Below, one piece after another: positions 1 to 13,882 of a DNA stretch of 64,000 nucleotides. Origin of the DNA: Kudoa neothunni (Eukaryota > Animalia > Cnidaria); the NCBI GenBank assembly GCA_964304625.1, contig OZ199838.1:12653843-12717842 (forward strand), in the 5' to 3' direction. Both the position numbers and the translations under genes were made by a program. Position 1 is the stretch's first letter. The number at the start of each line of letters is the position of its first letter. The notes under the pieces were generated by a model. It worked only from the letters and a program-made list of their open reading frames with translations. It did no database searches and was not told where the DNA came from.

Positions 1-429
1 GCCCAATCTCGAGTGAAGCTAAAAATTTTACGCAAATATATAAATACAACCATTATTCATATAATAAGGTTAATTAAATTTTCAAACTGAATTGATTTAC
101 CTTCTTAAATTTATTTTCTTTACATCCACTTAAAAAACTTATTTATTTAATAATTATGGAAAACCAATTAGTTTTAATAGATATTGATATTATTAAGTAA
201 ATTTAAAATTGTTTTTTGCAAAAATATCAAGAATAAAATATCTGAATTAGGAAAACAGTATAATTTTCATGAAAATAAATAATATTTATAATATTAATGT
301 TACTATAATTTTTGCCAACTGTAGTAAGAATCGAAACATAAGGGTAAATAAATGATGAAAGTTCTTTGCTTAACCCATAGAAATATATTTTTGGTTTGCT
401 ACAATAAAAACTTCTTTGTCCTAAATTTA

Positions 430-3400
430 ATAGCGCTTTATTCAAATCACCTGTAATGAATATTCTGTTTAGACATTGTTTGTTCATTGGTTCTCTTGGT
501 GATGGAAAAGTTATAGCGACTTGTGAAAATGAGAATCTGTTAAAAGGTTATCAGAAACTGTAACTGTACAAATTAATGTAATAATATAATTTTACATGTG
601 TCAGATTGAAAAATATTGCTTTATCGTTCGAAAATTACATATCCTGGGTCGTTGAAGTGTGCAGAGAACTGAAATCTCTTCAAAGAACTGAGCCTGAGAA
701 TTGTCAGATGCAGCCTTACAATAACATCAACATTTGGTTGGATCAGTTATTCAGTCATCTCAACAAAAATCTAATTGATGTCTCAGTTGCCTCCAACGTA
801 ATTGTGTTTAGGTTTAGCTTGTTGTTGTAACATGTTTAATCAAAGAATTCAAAATCTTCTGGGCCAATACTGAGCAATTTGTATCTTTATATAACTAAAA
901 ATGTAGATCGACGATATTTTATTGGAAATTCTGATTTTTTAACATTATGTCAAAATATTTCAACTGGGAATTTGAAAATTTCTAACAAAACTGTATTTTT
1001 CATTGCACAATATAGCTGTGTAAATTGATGATAGGTTGAAATAAACTTAGTAGCAGCTTGTTTTTCTGTTTTTATTATGCCGTATCACATGGAACCAGAA
1101 AGCAAGCAGGTAATCGAGTTGAAAAAGCAAGATTAGGAATAACATGATAAAATAGGAGTGGCCCACTCGAATCAATAATATCACTCCACTAATGTCACAT
1201 TATGATAACACAATAAAAAATGTTTTTAATGGAATATCACCTGGGCAGGCTGAGAAGGTGCTGCAATTTCCACAAAGTATTTTCCCTATATCTAGAGGTA
1301 AAATCAAAAGTCAACTCTGATAGATATGAGCTTTGTCGTATTCTATGTTGAATTGATCACAAATCTATTCGAACTGGTTTCTACCCAACCGAACAAATGC
1401 AAATTAATAGTTGTAGATATATTTACCCCATTTATTCAAATGTTATTTGCCATGACGCCGTCTTTTGCACTGATACATAAAGGTAGGTAACCAGTATACG
1501 CTACGCAAATGCGAATAAATTTTAGAGCTGTTTATCAAAATTGTCAACTTTTATTTGATCATCGTCAAGTCTTTTAAATCCGAAGCCAAATATGAAGGTG
1601 TTGAAAAACTTATTGAAACGTTACTAGCAGTTGTTACTAAGTATGTGTTATTGTTTGGGATTTCCCCCTTATAATATGAAGATTTCAACTTAAAATTTTT
1701 GTAGTGATCAGTGGATTATATTGTATAGTAAGGATTCGAAAGACGAAATTATATCAAAGTATTTATCGTATATTTACGCTTTTAATAACAAACTTTGCTT
1801 TTAGTTACTTGAAAATGTTGAATTATTCTATTGCAGACAATAACTCACTCTCCCAGAATTTGGCTCCCAAAGTAGCCTCACTTGCGACTACTTTTATTCG
1901 ACCAAAATTTATATCAGATGTTGGTTGTTTTTTGCGTTCTCCAGTGTAATACATGTGATATAGAATTCAAATCCAGCTTTATTGCTTGAATATGCTCAAC
2001 TCAACTGCACAATTCTGCTTACTCATTACATTAAATTGGCCAATGAAATGACCTCCAGTAAATCTAACTGTTTGGCGCAAATCAAACAAGTATTATCGTA
2101 CTAACTTTACTGTTCATCTGTAATTTTATTGATAGAATCTATTAAATTTGCTACAAATTAATGACTTTGAAATTATAAAATTGATCGCTCGCACTTTTAT
2201 ATCACTGAATACAACATTCAAGTTCTTCAGCAAAGTATTCCCATTCGGTGGACAACACCAATCACCTTTTTGATTTCTAATTTTTAATTTCTACCCTAAT
2301 ATTAGTTTTCAAAAATTAATTGGAATCAGTATATTTTAATAATTAATTAATTGAAGGTTTTTATATTATAAATTTCAGACTTTTTATAAAGGATTAAAAA
2401 ATTAAACAAAGCTACCACTAGAATATTTAAAAAAATCATAAAATTGTTATAGTTAATATTTTTCAATCCAAAAAGGAAACTATAAATTAAAATTTTAAAT
2501 TACACAATAGCAAACAAAGTTAGATATTAGCGCTAGTTTTCCTTAATTTGAGTGTAGACGAACCAAAATGATAATAATAATAAATACTGTCTATACTCAT
2601 TTGTCTAAGATAAAATTTAGTAAACTTTTGATATTATTTATCCACAAAAAAGGTAAAATTATGCTATATCGAGTCACGCAATAATAAGGCCCTACTGTAT
2701 TTAGATTTAGATCACTAATTTTTAGTTACTATTAATATTTTTTGCAAAAAACAACTATTAAGTAAACATAATTTCAATATATATGAGTGAATTACTCTTG
2801 ATTAAGCTCATTTATATTTATTTTTTGTAAATTTATAGTAATATAATTTTATATATAAATTTTCTAAAATTATTAAAAATAAGTAAAGCAGATTAATCAA
2901 ACCTCATTTGGAGTATTTTGTAAATAAAGTTAAATACAGGTACATTTTAAATATATTGCAATTTAGTATAAACGAATATTGTTTATTGTAAAATCTAATA
3001 ATTAAATAACTCGAAAAGACGTTTTTAGAATTTTAATAAGCTTGCCATAAAAAGATTTGCAAATTAATTCTGTTGTTCAATAACGTTGTTTATTAAAATA
3101 TATAAACGAATAGAATATGAAAGGATTGTCCGTTCAATTTTCCTAATTGTTATTCTATAGACATGCAACATAAGTGATGACTATGTGGAACAAATCTCAA
3201 ACATTTTCAACAATATTCTTTTGGACGATTCCTTTGGTGCTATCCACACTGAAATTATGGACGCATTATTCAATTTGATAAAAAATAAAATATTCTACTA
3301 TTTTAGCAGATATCTACCGAATATCATAAACGATTCTACCAGATTATCTCAACAACACAAGGAAGTACTTATACGTATTTCCATGCAATCAGCTCAAGTG

Positions 3401-3469
3401 TCCAACGAACACGATTTCTATCAGGCTATGAATGCAATTATTCATGACTATCATCTCTATTCCACATAG
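430..3469 (+). CDS. XPO6: Exportin-6, 3' portion (multi-exon; 5' end lies outside the window or is unresolved; start approximate)
   Basis: Hand-spliced exons give VFIMPYHMEPESKQEWPTRINN, LLQINDFEIIKLIARTFISLNTTFKFFSK and the last exon FNNILLDDSFGAIHTEIMDALFNL...YFSRYLPNII...QHKEVL...FYQAMNAIIHDYHLYST*. These align from memory with the exportin-6 C-terminal region (LLPWPNLPENEQQWPVRSIN; FLQPDIHLFKQNL..LNTK; LLQVLVHKSHDLLQEEI..FLPEFL..QKSVL..LVNDLRYY). A ~0.9 kb intron at ~2235-3160 precedes the last exon. Confidence 0.8.
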
Positions 3470-5158
3470 TTATCAGTTTTCCATTTTTTTACCGATTGTT
3501 TCCCATGCCGATTTTCCCAAAAATTGTTGCATATCCGTATACTTTTGGTTTAAACGCTTGTTATGTAACAAAGAGAAATGACTCTTTTTATTTTAATAAA
3601 ATGGAAATTTATCGTCTAATTTTGATACCTCTTTTTTTAACAAATAAATTAGAAATATTCTCAGCCGCAGAATTTTGAGGGATAAATATACGATAATTGA
3701 ACATGCTTTGTCAGGATTCTAACTGAAATTAGGAAATCAGAAAGGAATACAAAAGTTATCTTTCATTTTTATATCACTCTTATTATTTAGAGATTTAGTA
3801 TTAGGTATACTGTGGTAGGATAATTTCATCTCCGACGTACATGTATGTTAAATTTTAATGAATTGCCTAAATTTTTAAATATCTAATAAGCGCGCTTCTA
3901 AAAATAAATTGTACTATTTAGTTTTGTTAAAGCAGCGCTTTATAAAACTAATGACTTCTACACTAAGCAATGAAATTACGTCATATCAAATGATCTGATC
4001 CAGGGATTCTCAATAATAGGTAAAAAGTGGCATTAAGATTTAAAACGGGGAATTTTTGCGCAATGTGGTGTGTTACAACGTACTTAACGATGTTTAAGGA
4101 GTTATATTATTCGAGGTTATTAAATTCAATTAATACGCTGATAAAAATGCTTAAAATGTTCTTTGGAACAAATATTTATCAATCATTGATAAATCTATCA
4201 TAAGTCTCTTTCTTATATGTCTCGCTTATCTTTTGGCGATGTAGCCTAGTAATACTTAAATAAGTATACAACCTTAGAGTAGACATGAATCTAACTTCCA
4301 CATCAAGGGGGTAAATTTGGATTTTTCATCAAATCGGCGGGTAATTTTAAAATAACGATTTAGAATCCCAAACTTCGGGCGTTGTAACAATGCCATCCAT
4401 TGGAGTGAATGATGGATTCAATTTCGACTGGGTGTTAATAAACTTTCAAAAATATTAACATCCCGTTTTTTAGATTTCAAAAATAAAAAACTTTACAATT
4501 CTCACAAACGCCATCAAGATCCCGACTGTTTGGATTTTCCAGGATTCCCCCGGCCCCGAATTTTCTTCTCCAGATTTGACTCTCGCCGATCTGAACCATT
4601 ATTCTAGGAATCCTTTTTTTATTGTATTTTAAATGTAACAATTTAAACAGGCATTTGGTATGATTTTTTTTCAATTTATAGTTTCTGCCATAAGTTTAAT
4701 TTTATATTCTCACATCAAAAATTATCGACTGCGAGCTCCTTTGCTCAGAGAATATACCACTTTAATGTTTTATTTTGACATATTTGAACAGGAAGCCAAG
4801 CTAAATCCACCCATATTTTTTCCTTCTAGGCGTAATAATCTTCATTGGAGAGTCAAACACACAGATTCGTCCTCTTTGTCAAATATATAATTTTTTCGTA
4901 ATAAATAAAATCAGCCACATCATTGTTAAATGAAAAAATATCAGGTGGCGTTACAGGAGCATTCCCGAATGGGAGTCTACACGAGCTTTTTCGATGGCTG
5001 AATATATTCTATTTTTTAACTTAATTTTTGCATATTATGCAAAACGAATAACTGTTAAAAAATTATAAGTTAAAATTTTAACTTTATCATGCTGACCTCC
5101 GATAATATTGATGCTTGCATTATGTGCGCAAGCGCACTCTGGAAGTTAAGCAAGCAGC

Positions 5159-6030
5159 ATGAATTTCAAAATACTTCCTTCAAAAATATTCTTTTTAAAA
5201 TCTATAGGTCATTTACCAAATGTTCGTGGAGTAATCTAATTTTTTTGTACAATGAGTTTGAATAAAGTTAGAATTTACGTTATCTAAGAGCAACTGGACG
5301 AGTGGGTGGGTTGGAAGAGTTATTCGATAAAGATCCTAACAATAACGTACGCAATGGCTTAGCATGGCCAAAGGAGGTGCTTCAACAAAAAAGCAATGTT
5401 GATCTTCATAAGCTATGGTAGAAACTGCCAAGACATTAGTCACCTTAGAAAATTTAATTTGTCTCTTTAGGTTCATTATTTTAAAAGAACTCAATTTGCA
5501 GAAAACACGGCAAGCAGAATTCCATCGCGTAAAAGTTGTAGAGCCCAACAATGAAGAAGCTATCGAAAAATTAGAACTATCTTTGTCTAGAATTAAAGAT
5601 GTTATTGAAGACAGGGTAAAACGATTGTGATCGATGGATTGAGTTATTTTTTCTTTAGACCTTGAGTATTGCGGAAGAAGTGTATAAGAGTGATGTGTAT
5701 CGTAGTAGTGTGGATGATCCAGAACTGCCCTTTTCCAAGGAACTTTCCGAAAATAATTCTACGATGGACAGTGACCATTCAACAACCACTTCCACTCCGA
5801 ATTACTCTAACGATTCACTTGAATATGTGCAAAAAATGGAAAATAGAGTTATCCAAGCTAGGAAAACTAGGGAGGAAGCTGAAAACCTACGGGATGAACT
5901 TTTTGATTATATTGAAAAAAAACTTTCAGGAGAATTCGATCGTCCCCACAACCGTTATAAGTTTCCTCATTATCTGCCATACGAGGGGCCAACTCGACAG
6001 TATCGACCTATTGACGAAGGCAGGGATTAG
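5159..6030 (+). CDS. MRPL47: Mitochondrial ribosomal protein L47 (uL29m), 4 exons, intact
   Basis: Spliced translation contains GLEELFD...AWPKEVLQQKSNVDLHKLWFIILKELN, matching the MRPL47 signature W..LR.KS..DLHKLWYVLLKERN. Basic N-terminal presequence-like segment; three short GT-AG introns; stop at 6028-6030. Confidence 0.92.
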
Positions 6031-6707
6031 TTCCTATTTTTATTTAATTAAAGATGGATGTATTTTCATAAAAGAAATTGTATCACTTAAATAATTTTGG
6101 CAAACAGCTTATTGTTACTTATTTCATTTTTTTGTTTGAAATATTTTCTTCATTTTTCTAAATCTGGAGTAATCGCTGGTATGCGGTATGCGAAGGAATT
6201 TCGCTTGATTGATCCTTGCTTAACTGCTCATTTCTTTGCGTTTCGTAACTATTATGTTTTGCTTTATAGTCAAAAGTAGAGTGATTTTTCTATTCGTTTG
6301 CTAACGTTCTATTTAACTGTTCACAAAATAACCCCTATACAGACTCTAACTGCATCATAATAAAGTTTTCTAGGCTTTTTGTATGTCGCCATTCATATTT
6401 TAATCGTTAACAGTTTGAGTTGACCAAATACGGTATTTTTTTAGATAACAGTAAATTTTATAATTTTTTACAAGAATGATATCACATAATCTATAAGCAA
6501 AATTTTACATGAATTTCATCAGGAATTGGTATTATTGTTTATGTAAATATAAGTATGAAAAGTTAAGATATGTTTTAATGATTAGCTTGAAACGGCAAAC
6601 AAATGAAACAGATGCCTGATCTCAGGATTGATACTCAAAAAGTGGAGAATTCAAATCCAGGCTCGCGCAAGGTTACTACTTCTGCGTTGTGTGCTCCTAC
6701 TCTAAGA

Positions 6708-7321
6708 CAGGGATCGGAAACCCGATTGGGTGGGTTGCCGGTTCGGATAGTCATGCTAAACTAGACGACAGGACAGATTATGTATAAATCCTTTAGTTAT
6801 ACTGAATTTTTCACAGTAAAATTGAAAGTTGGCTTAGCAAATGTATATTTTGTTATTTAAAAGAATATATTTTCATGGTAATGCAAGAAAAATATAACGA
6901 ATGTTCTAAAAAATTTTTTTAAATTACCTGATTTTCTTGATATTTATATTAATATTTCATATATTTAAATGATGGTTCAAAATCGGAAAGAACAATAATT
7001 AAATGTTTTCATTCGCTAAAATAAGATTAGTATCGTACAATCAGCAAAAATAAGTAAGAAATTTGCTTGGGGAATATTTTAATCCTTATTTTGTTTCTGA
7101 CATATTTATATTTATAAAAATAGGGTATATTTAATTAAGTTTTTGTACATTCCTATTAAGCATCTTTATATGTTGTAAGATTGATTATAAAATTGGGGAG
7201 AATTATGCAGGTATTGTCCAATCAAAATCTATTTAACTAATCATTGGCCCCTCCTCGCGAGCCGGATGAAGAAAGTTCCCGGACCAATTTTGGTCCGCGG
7301 GCGGGTCGTTGCCAACCTTTG
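6708..7321. mobile_element. hAT-type MITE (family A, copy 1)
   Basis: Ends CAGGGATCGGAAAC...GTTGCCAACCTTTG; flanking 8-mers ctctaaga/ttataaga (6/8 match). Both ends match the element at 13257-13882 in the opposite orientation. Confidence 0.7.
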
Positions 7322-9371
7322 TTATAAGAGAGTCTTTAATTAGAATGTACGTTTGCTATTATGTACGGTACATCTCCATTAAAAATTTTCTTCGATGGGG
7401 AGGGTTAGATTAGACGTTCGAACTTTTGCTGTCATATTAGGCAATAAAATCTTGTGCAGAACCAGCGATTTTGATTTGGTAAATTTCGTGGTAATGATTA
7501 TCACAAGATAAAGATTTTTTTTTAGTAAAGTTTTCTCATCATTTCGTAGAATAAGATTATTAATTACATTCGAATTATTTTGATATCTACACCATTCATA
7601 GAAAGGTCTTGACCAACCAAAACTGAAAGGCCTCCGTCTTAAAGTCTCGCAATGAAAGCTTTACCTTATGAACAAAGAAGTTTACAATCCAAATGAATCT
7701 GATGGTTTTAGTATCTCAATATATATGTCATTATTTTCATTCTCATATTTTCTTTTATAATTAAATTTACGTAAATATATCAAAGTACAACCATTTTGGA
7801 ACTATGAACCAACATGACTCTGGCTTACTTTTTAATCCCAATAGGAGTTGGTGTAGTTTTCGATTGACACCAAATACTTAAAATTTATCATTAAAAGTAG
7901 AGTCAGTAACCAAACATTGTTTGTAATTTGAAAACGACGATGTTATGCAAACTTCAGCCGCAGCTACACATTCCATGTTAGGTAAAGATTAGCGTTTATT
8001 ATTAAATACAACTCAATTAAATTAAATGTATTTTTTTAAATAAAAGTTAAGTTTAAGCATATTTTTAAATCCAATTAAAATATCGATGACCAAATTTACA
8101 GGTAATTAGACGTTTCTAGTTTTTAATGGTAAAATTAATGTTTAGATAATAAAATGAGTAATTAAGAAGAAGTTTAATAACACTAAATACTTTATTGGAT
8201 AATTAACCGAAAAAATATGATACAGCACAAACAATTTTGAATTTTGGGATTTATAATAAAGATAAATAATTTTCTAATTTGAATCAATAAATTAATGTAT
8301 TATTAAATGAATATTTACAATTTGATCATAGATCATAAACCGTATTTTTAAAATTTATAAGAATTTTACATGAGTAATATTTCTATAGAAATTTAGAAAT
8401 AAATTAACTATTTATTTTATTAAATTATACTATATTCTAATTTTCTATTTCAAAGGTAATTTATTACATAGATAATAAAAAAATTTATCGAAAAAAACAG
8501 GGAAGCTATTTAATTTAAATGCATAGAGTATTTTATTAAACTATGAATGTACAAAAAATGATCGTTTAAAATTCATTATAAATAAAATATGTAAGGTAGT
8601 CTTCTAGCGGGAAAAGAATGATCCAAATCTCAAGTTGGATAATTTGTTCAAGAATCGGTCATTCTTACGGACCATGTTATTACTACTAATATGGTAAAAT
8701 ACAGTAGATTATATAAAAAATTGACCATGTATATCACCCACCTACAAAGGGATGTTGATAAGATTAAAAATGAAGACCACGAAAGTGAACGCCCAACTTA
8801 GAATTAATATCGCTCGTAAGAATAATCATGACAATTTATTTGATCATTAAAATATTTATATTGATATAAAAATCTACCAAAACGTTATTAAAAATTAAAA
8901 AATGCGTAATATTTACATCCCATTTAATTTTCCCATTAAACAACACCTTTCAATTATGAGAGATGGCAATTAATTGATTTGGATACAGAAAGCCAATACG
9001 TATACTTCGAGGTCTTATACTGAATTATTTAACCCAAAAAAAAACAACTTCGTTTCGAAAGGAAAAATACTATTTTAATTAAAATTTATAAACAAGCTTA
9101 AAATTGATTCATATAAAATTCCTCATTTTCAGGAGACACTGAATTCAACCGTACAAATAATACACAACAAATACTGCCTGATGACACTTATAACTGGATA
9201 ACTGAATGCAGACTACACGCACAAAGAATTACAACTTATAATTGCAAAAAATTATAAAATAGATTATTCAAGAAAAATTGGAAGAGTAAAATAAAATTTA
9301 CATAAATGACTATCAACATAAACTACTGCTCTATTAAAGAGTGAGTTCAACTGACAAATGTTTTTGGACAA

Positions 9372-9967
9372 TTATTCAATCCATTTAAAACCACAATTGG
9401 GGGAACAACATACATAGTACAATTGCATGTTCTAAAAGCAGATAAGAGAAAAAGATAACATTATTAGTTACATCGGCGTTAGTTGATTGGGATTGAAAAA
9501 ATACAGCCATGTTATAATTACATCTACCAAAAATATGAACCATAAGGAAAAGTAAAATAAGAATTACCTTGGACAGTTGTGATCGTAAGATCGTGGCAAT
9601 GAAGGATCTGACACAATATCAGAATTGATCTGTTCTAACTCGCTTAAGCAATAATTATCATTTCGACTGTAAGATAAATTCAAATACTTAACATTGTTTT
9701 TCAATTTACTCACATAAACACACCAGTTATCAGCCACCATTTTAAAAGAGCAATTCCTACACTTTAAAACAAATCAAATAGAATCCAATACAAAATACAT
9801 CACCATACACAATAAATCAGTTGTTTATGACTGGTGTCCTCGGTGGGATAGAGCATATTATTACTAGAAGCATAAATGAAGTCATTACAATATTTTTTAG
9901 ATTCAAAAATAGCTTACCACTCTTGACAGAATTTTATTCCCACGAATGAAGGTGAACTATCGGACAT
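9372..9967 (-). CDS. POLR2I: RNA polymerase II subunit RPB9
   Basis: Spliced: MSDSSPSFVGIKFCQEC...SDPSLPRSYDHNCP..C...AVFFQSQS...MQLYYVCCSPNCGFKWIE*. Both zinc ribbons and the DP.LPR and AVFFQ motifs are present. Confidence 0.95.
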
Positions 9968-10110
9968 TTTTAACTAACCGAAGTGTTACGAATTGTTAAG
10001 TTGATAATACTTTTGACGTTGTGGCTTGTGAAGCATCTATTTTAAACTGTAAAAATTATGTGTGAATCTGAAAATAATCACCATTAGAATAGGTATTGTT
10101 TCATGAGGGT
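9968..10110. promoter_or_regulatory. Putative bidirectional promoter between POLR2I and STX5
   Basis: Head-to-head start codons only ~143 bp apart. Confidence 0.6.
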
Positions 10111-11492
10111 ATGCCGTTCGTCCAAGATAGATCAAATGAATTTAAAGCAATTTTAAGGTCTCAACACGCCAGACAAGTATATATTTTATTTTATGGCTTG
10201 GAACTGATTTTCATATTCAGCAACAACAACAAACATTAAAATATGACCCTAAAAACTCAAATAAATCTGACTCCTACTTTAAAACATCCACCAAGTATAG
10301 GATTTTTATTGTTCATATAACAATTGATTTACTTATTTTTTGCAGTGTGTTAGCAACAGCTATTTATAATACACAACTAAAATTGGAAACATTAAAAGAC
10401 TGTAACTGATTGTGGTTTTAATGAATTTTCTAACGACCATTTTAAGTGTGTAGAAACAAGTCGTTGATTAAGGACAATACAAATCAAGTTCAAAATTTGG
10501 TTGTTATTATAAAACAAGTGATTCATAAGAGTTTTTGGTGAATTAATATTATGGGATTGTTGTTGATGGTAGGATGTGGATTTGATGAAACAACAAATTG
10601 CTCGATTGAATGAAATGCACAAACAAGGTGAGCTTTTTTGTCTCTCTGAACAACATAAAAATCATTGTACAATTGTAATTATGTCATTGGAGGTATTTTA
10701 AGAGTGTCTATTATTATCATTGATTTTCTGTTAAGACTTTTCTTGCTGATATATCTAAGGAGTTTAAGTTAGCGCTTGAAATTAGAGCACAGGTATAAAT
10801 TGAATGTGGGTCAATTCGATCCCCTATTTGACTGAGTTGAATATTTCAATGTGATGCTTATCGTATTTGTTTGTATGTGTAGAATATGAAGGAAATGCAA
10901 AAAAGGATTGACGTTTTGTCTAATCGAAAAAATGCTACCAATGGATTTCCAACTGAACCCCATTTTTCCTCTTCCTCGTATCAACAATCCGCAATCAACA
11001 GTCAAAATGTGGCCATCACCGAGGATACTGTACTTAAATTTCCACCCTTGAACACTCTTTTTTCTGACAACCTCCAACAACAACAGTTACAACAACAAAT
11101 CCAATCCCAACAATCGAATCAACAAACCAATGTGGTATTTTCGATACTTCTGCTTTGCACTCTCAAACTCTGTAGACTTATATGACGGAAAGAGTGGATT
11201 CGATGAGGAATATCGAATCAACTATTGTTGAGCTTGGTGAAATTTTTCAACAACTTTCCACATATGTCCACGAACAAGAAGAACAAATTCAACTGTAACT
11301 ATTATCCATGTGGTCACTCGCTTCAATAATTATAGCATTGACTCCAATTTGGAACAAGCAGAATTGCAGGTCGAAGCAGCTCATGTTGAACTACTTAAAT
11401 ATTTCAAAACTATAAGTTCCAACCGTTGGCTTATTATCAAAGTCTTCGCAATCCTCATACTGTTTTTTATAATGTTTACCTTAATTTCATAG
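10111..11492 (+). CDS. STX5: Syntaxin-5 (Sed5) Qa-SNARE
   Basis: N-terminal MPFVQDRSNEF (Sly1-binding DRTxEF-like motif), Q-rich linker, SNARE motif MRNIESTIVELGEIFQQL..V.EQEE...IDSNLEQAELQVEAAHVELLKYFKTISSNRWL, C-terminal TM helix. Confidence 0.93.
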
Positions 11493-11810
11493 TGTTGTTT
11501 GTATTTTTTTAACCACCTTGATAAATGTTTTATTTCGCCCTATAATATAAATATCAAATATTTTAGCATTCGTTAAATTTTTGTTTCAACAAATTCAATC
11601 GTAAATGATTTAAGCATTTTTTAATACATATATTAATCTTTTAATAGAGGGTAATTTTAGTTATCCTTATAGTTACTGTTATTTTTTAGTTCACATTATT
11701 TATTGCTTTCTATATATATTCATTTAAAATCTAACCTACCTTATTTTGATATTCTGAAAATCAAATTCATTCTAATAATAAAGTGGCTTTTCTTACGGAT
11801 CTATTTAACC

Positions 11811-13051
11811 CAGTGTTTCCCGACCTTTTTTCTATCGCGTCTCGTTTTTTCTTGAAAAATATTTAGTTTTTTTACTTAAACTACTTATAATTTTGAATGA
11901 GGCTTCCCATCACATCAAAATTTGAAAGCAATTAATATATACTTCTTTTTTCATTAAAATTGAAAGATATTCGATCAGATCTAATTTATAGGGGCTTTCG
12001 AGCTATTTCGTCACTTGGTCAAACAGTTTCGTCATGTTCTTATAAATAGTCGATTTCATAGGAAATTGTCGTGTTTGTACACATATACGTAAAATATGGA
12101 AAATAAGCCATAATTTTTACAGGTATTTAATTATTCAGGAATTTCTTAGGTAGAAATAATAATAATGTGCAACAAATGTTTTCAAATCAAAAAAAATAAA
12201 CAAGTTTTGGCTCATGAAGAGAATTGTATCAACAAACAGAATCATATAATTAAGGGCCAACCACGAAACGAATCAAAATTATTTAATTTAATCGATGGAA
12301 GATTTAGAACTATTTCACCAGCTGATTGTTTCGGATATTACAAGAAAATGCTCCAATATCTTCTAAGGTGCCTAAATAGAGATATTGAAGTAAATATTTT
12401 CTTTTAGCTATGTATTTTTTATTTTTATCTTCTCTGTATCGAAATAAAATTTATTTTATTATGTATAATAGTGTAGTAATTAATGTAAGTCAATGTCGAT
12501 GAAAAGCTTAAGACGCGACGATGTAGTTTGGGAAACCCTGAAATTTATCGATGGGCCTTAAAATTAACATCTTTAGTTTTCGCTGCGCCAAAAACAGTGT
12601 TAAATGAAGTCCGTGATAATTCAGCCCGCTCTAGATAATACTCGTGTACAAGGGGCATATAAATCAATAATAAATAATCAAAATAGAAAATTAATCAATA
12701 TTATATCTGGCTAGATTAAAAAAGGGAAAGATCACGATGATACCATTTGACAGGATTGGAATTAAAGTCTTTCCGATTCTATTAGCGTGAATACCACGTT
12801 AAATATTATTATTTATTTTTATATAATTATCCATTGCTTTTGGTATTATTTATAATATTGATAGTCGCTTAAAAATAAACGAGCTCGAAAATCGAGTTAT
12901 TGATTTAATAGTACGTCACACTGCCCAGTTAGCGCTCCATTATCTTTGCTTAACCGATGCTCAGGATTTGTCACGTCTCACCTAAATCGTTCATTAAACG
13001 TTCAAAAATTTTCATGCCCTATCATAATCTCCCCCTCATGGGGAAACACTG
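11811..13051. mobile_element. Probable hAT (Buster/Charlie-type) non-autonomous element with degraded internal TE sequence
   Basis: Inverted termini CAGTGTTTCCC (11811) and GGGAAACACTG (13051). Both flanks fit nnnTAnnn but are not identical, so the ends may come from two insertions. Confidence 0.45.
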
Positions 13052-13256
13052 CATTAAAGATTAATATTCCTTTGTAGCACTTTAGTAAAATTATTTTTTC
13101 GTTACAAAGAATTATTATTTTCAAATTTTACTTATAATTACTCATTATATTAAAGCGTTCTATTGCTAAATAAATTTAGGTTCAACTTAACAAGTATAAC
13201 TCTGATTGGGATAAATGCTCCACAATTCTCATGAGTAATATCGGTATAAATTAAAC

Positions 13257-13882
13257 CAGGGGTCGACAACGACCGACCCGCGAGAAGAGTCAATGATAAA
13301 GTTAAATTGTTCTTTTATTAGACAGTACCTGTATAATTTCCCTAATTTTACAACCGATATTTTCCGCATAAATAATAGCTTAATAGTAATGTAAACGAAG
13401 TAAATTAAATGTAAGCCCTTTTTTTGAATATAAATGTGTAAAAAACAAAACAAAGATTAACATATTCCCCCACACAAATTTTTACTTAGTTTTACTGATT
13501 GTACGATACCAGTCTTATTATGACGAATGGAGACATTTAATAATTATTCTTTACGGTTTTGTACCATCATTTAAGTATCTGAAATATTAAATTCAATATC
13601 AATATCAATGAAATCAGATAAATCTTAAAATAAAAAATTCTATAAAACCAGTCATTTCGTCATAAAAATATCGAACGTTTCTTATTTTATTTCTTCCATT
13701 GCGATGAAAATGTATTCTTTTGAATATCAAAATAGTAATTTACTACATTAATTTTAAAATATATTATGAAAAATTCATTACATTTAAAGAATTACATACA
13801 TATATATATATTGACTTGCCAGCTAGTTTAGCATGATTTTCCGACCCGGCAACCCCTCCCCCAATCTGTTTGCCGACCCATG
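13257..13882. mobile_element. hAT-type MITE (family A, copy 2)
   Basis: TIR CAGGGGTCGACAA...TTGCCGACCCATG; 8-bp TSD aattaaac/aatcaaac (7/8). Its right ~70 bp is a diverged reverse complement of 6708-6775. Confidence 0.75.

Noticed and set aside
1298-1323. A 26-nt ultrashort intron in XPO6
   Set aside because: An alternative ~53-nt intron (donor ~1258, acceptor ~1310) also keeps the frame; this cannot be decided without cDNA.
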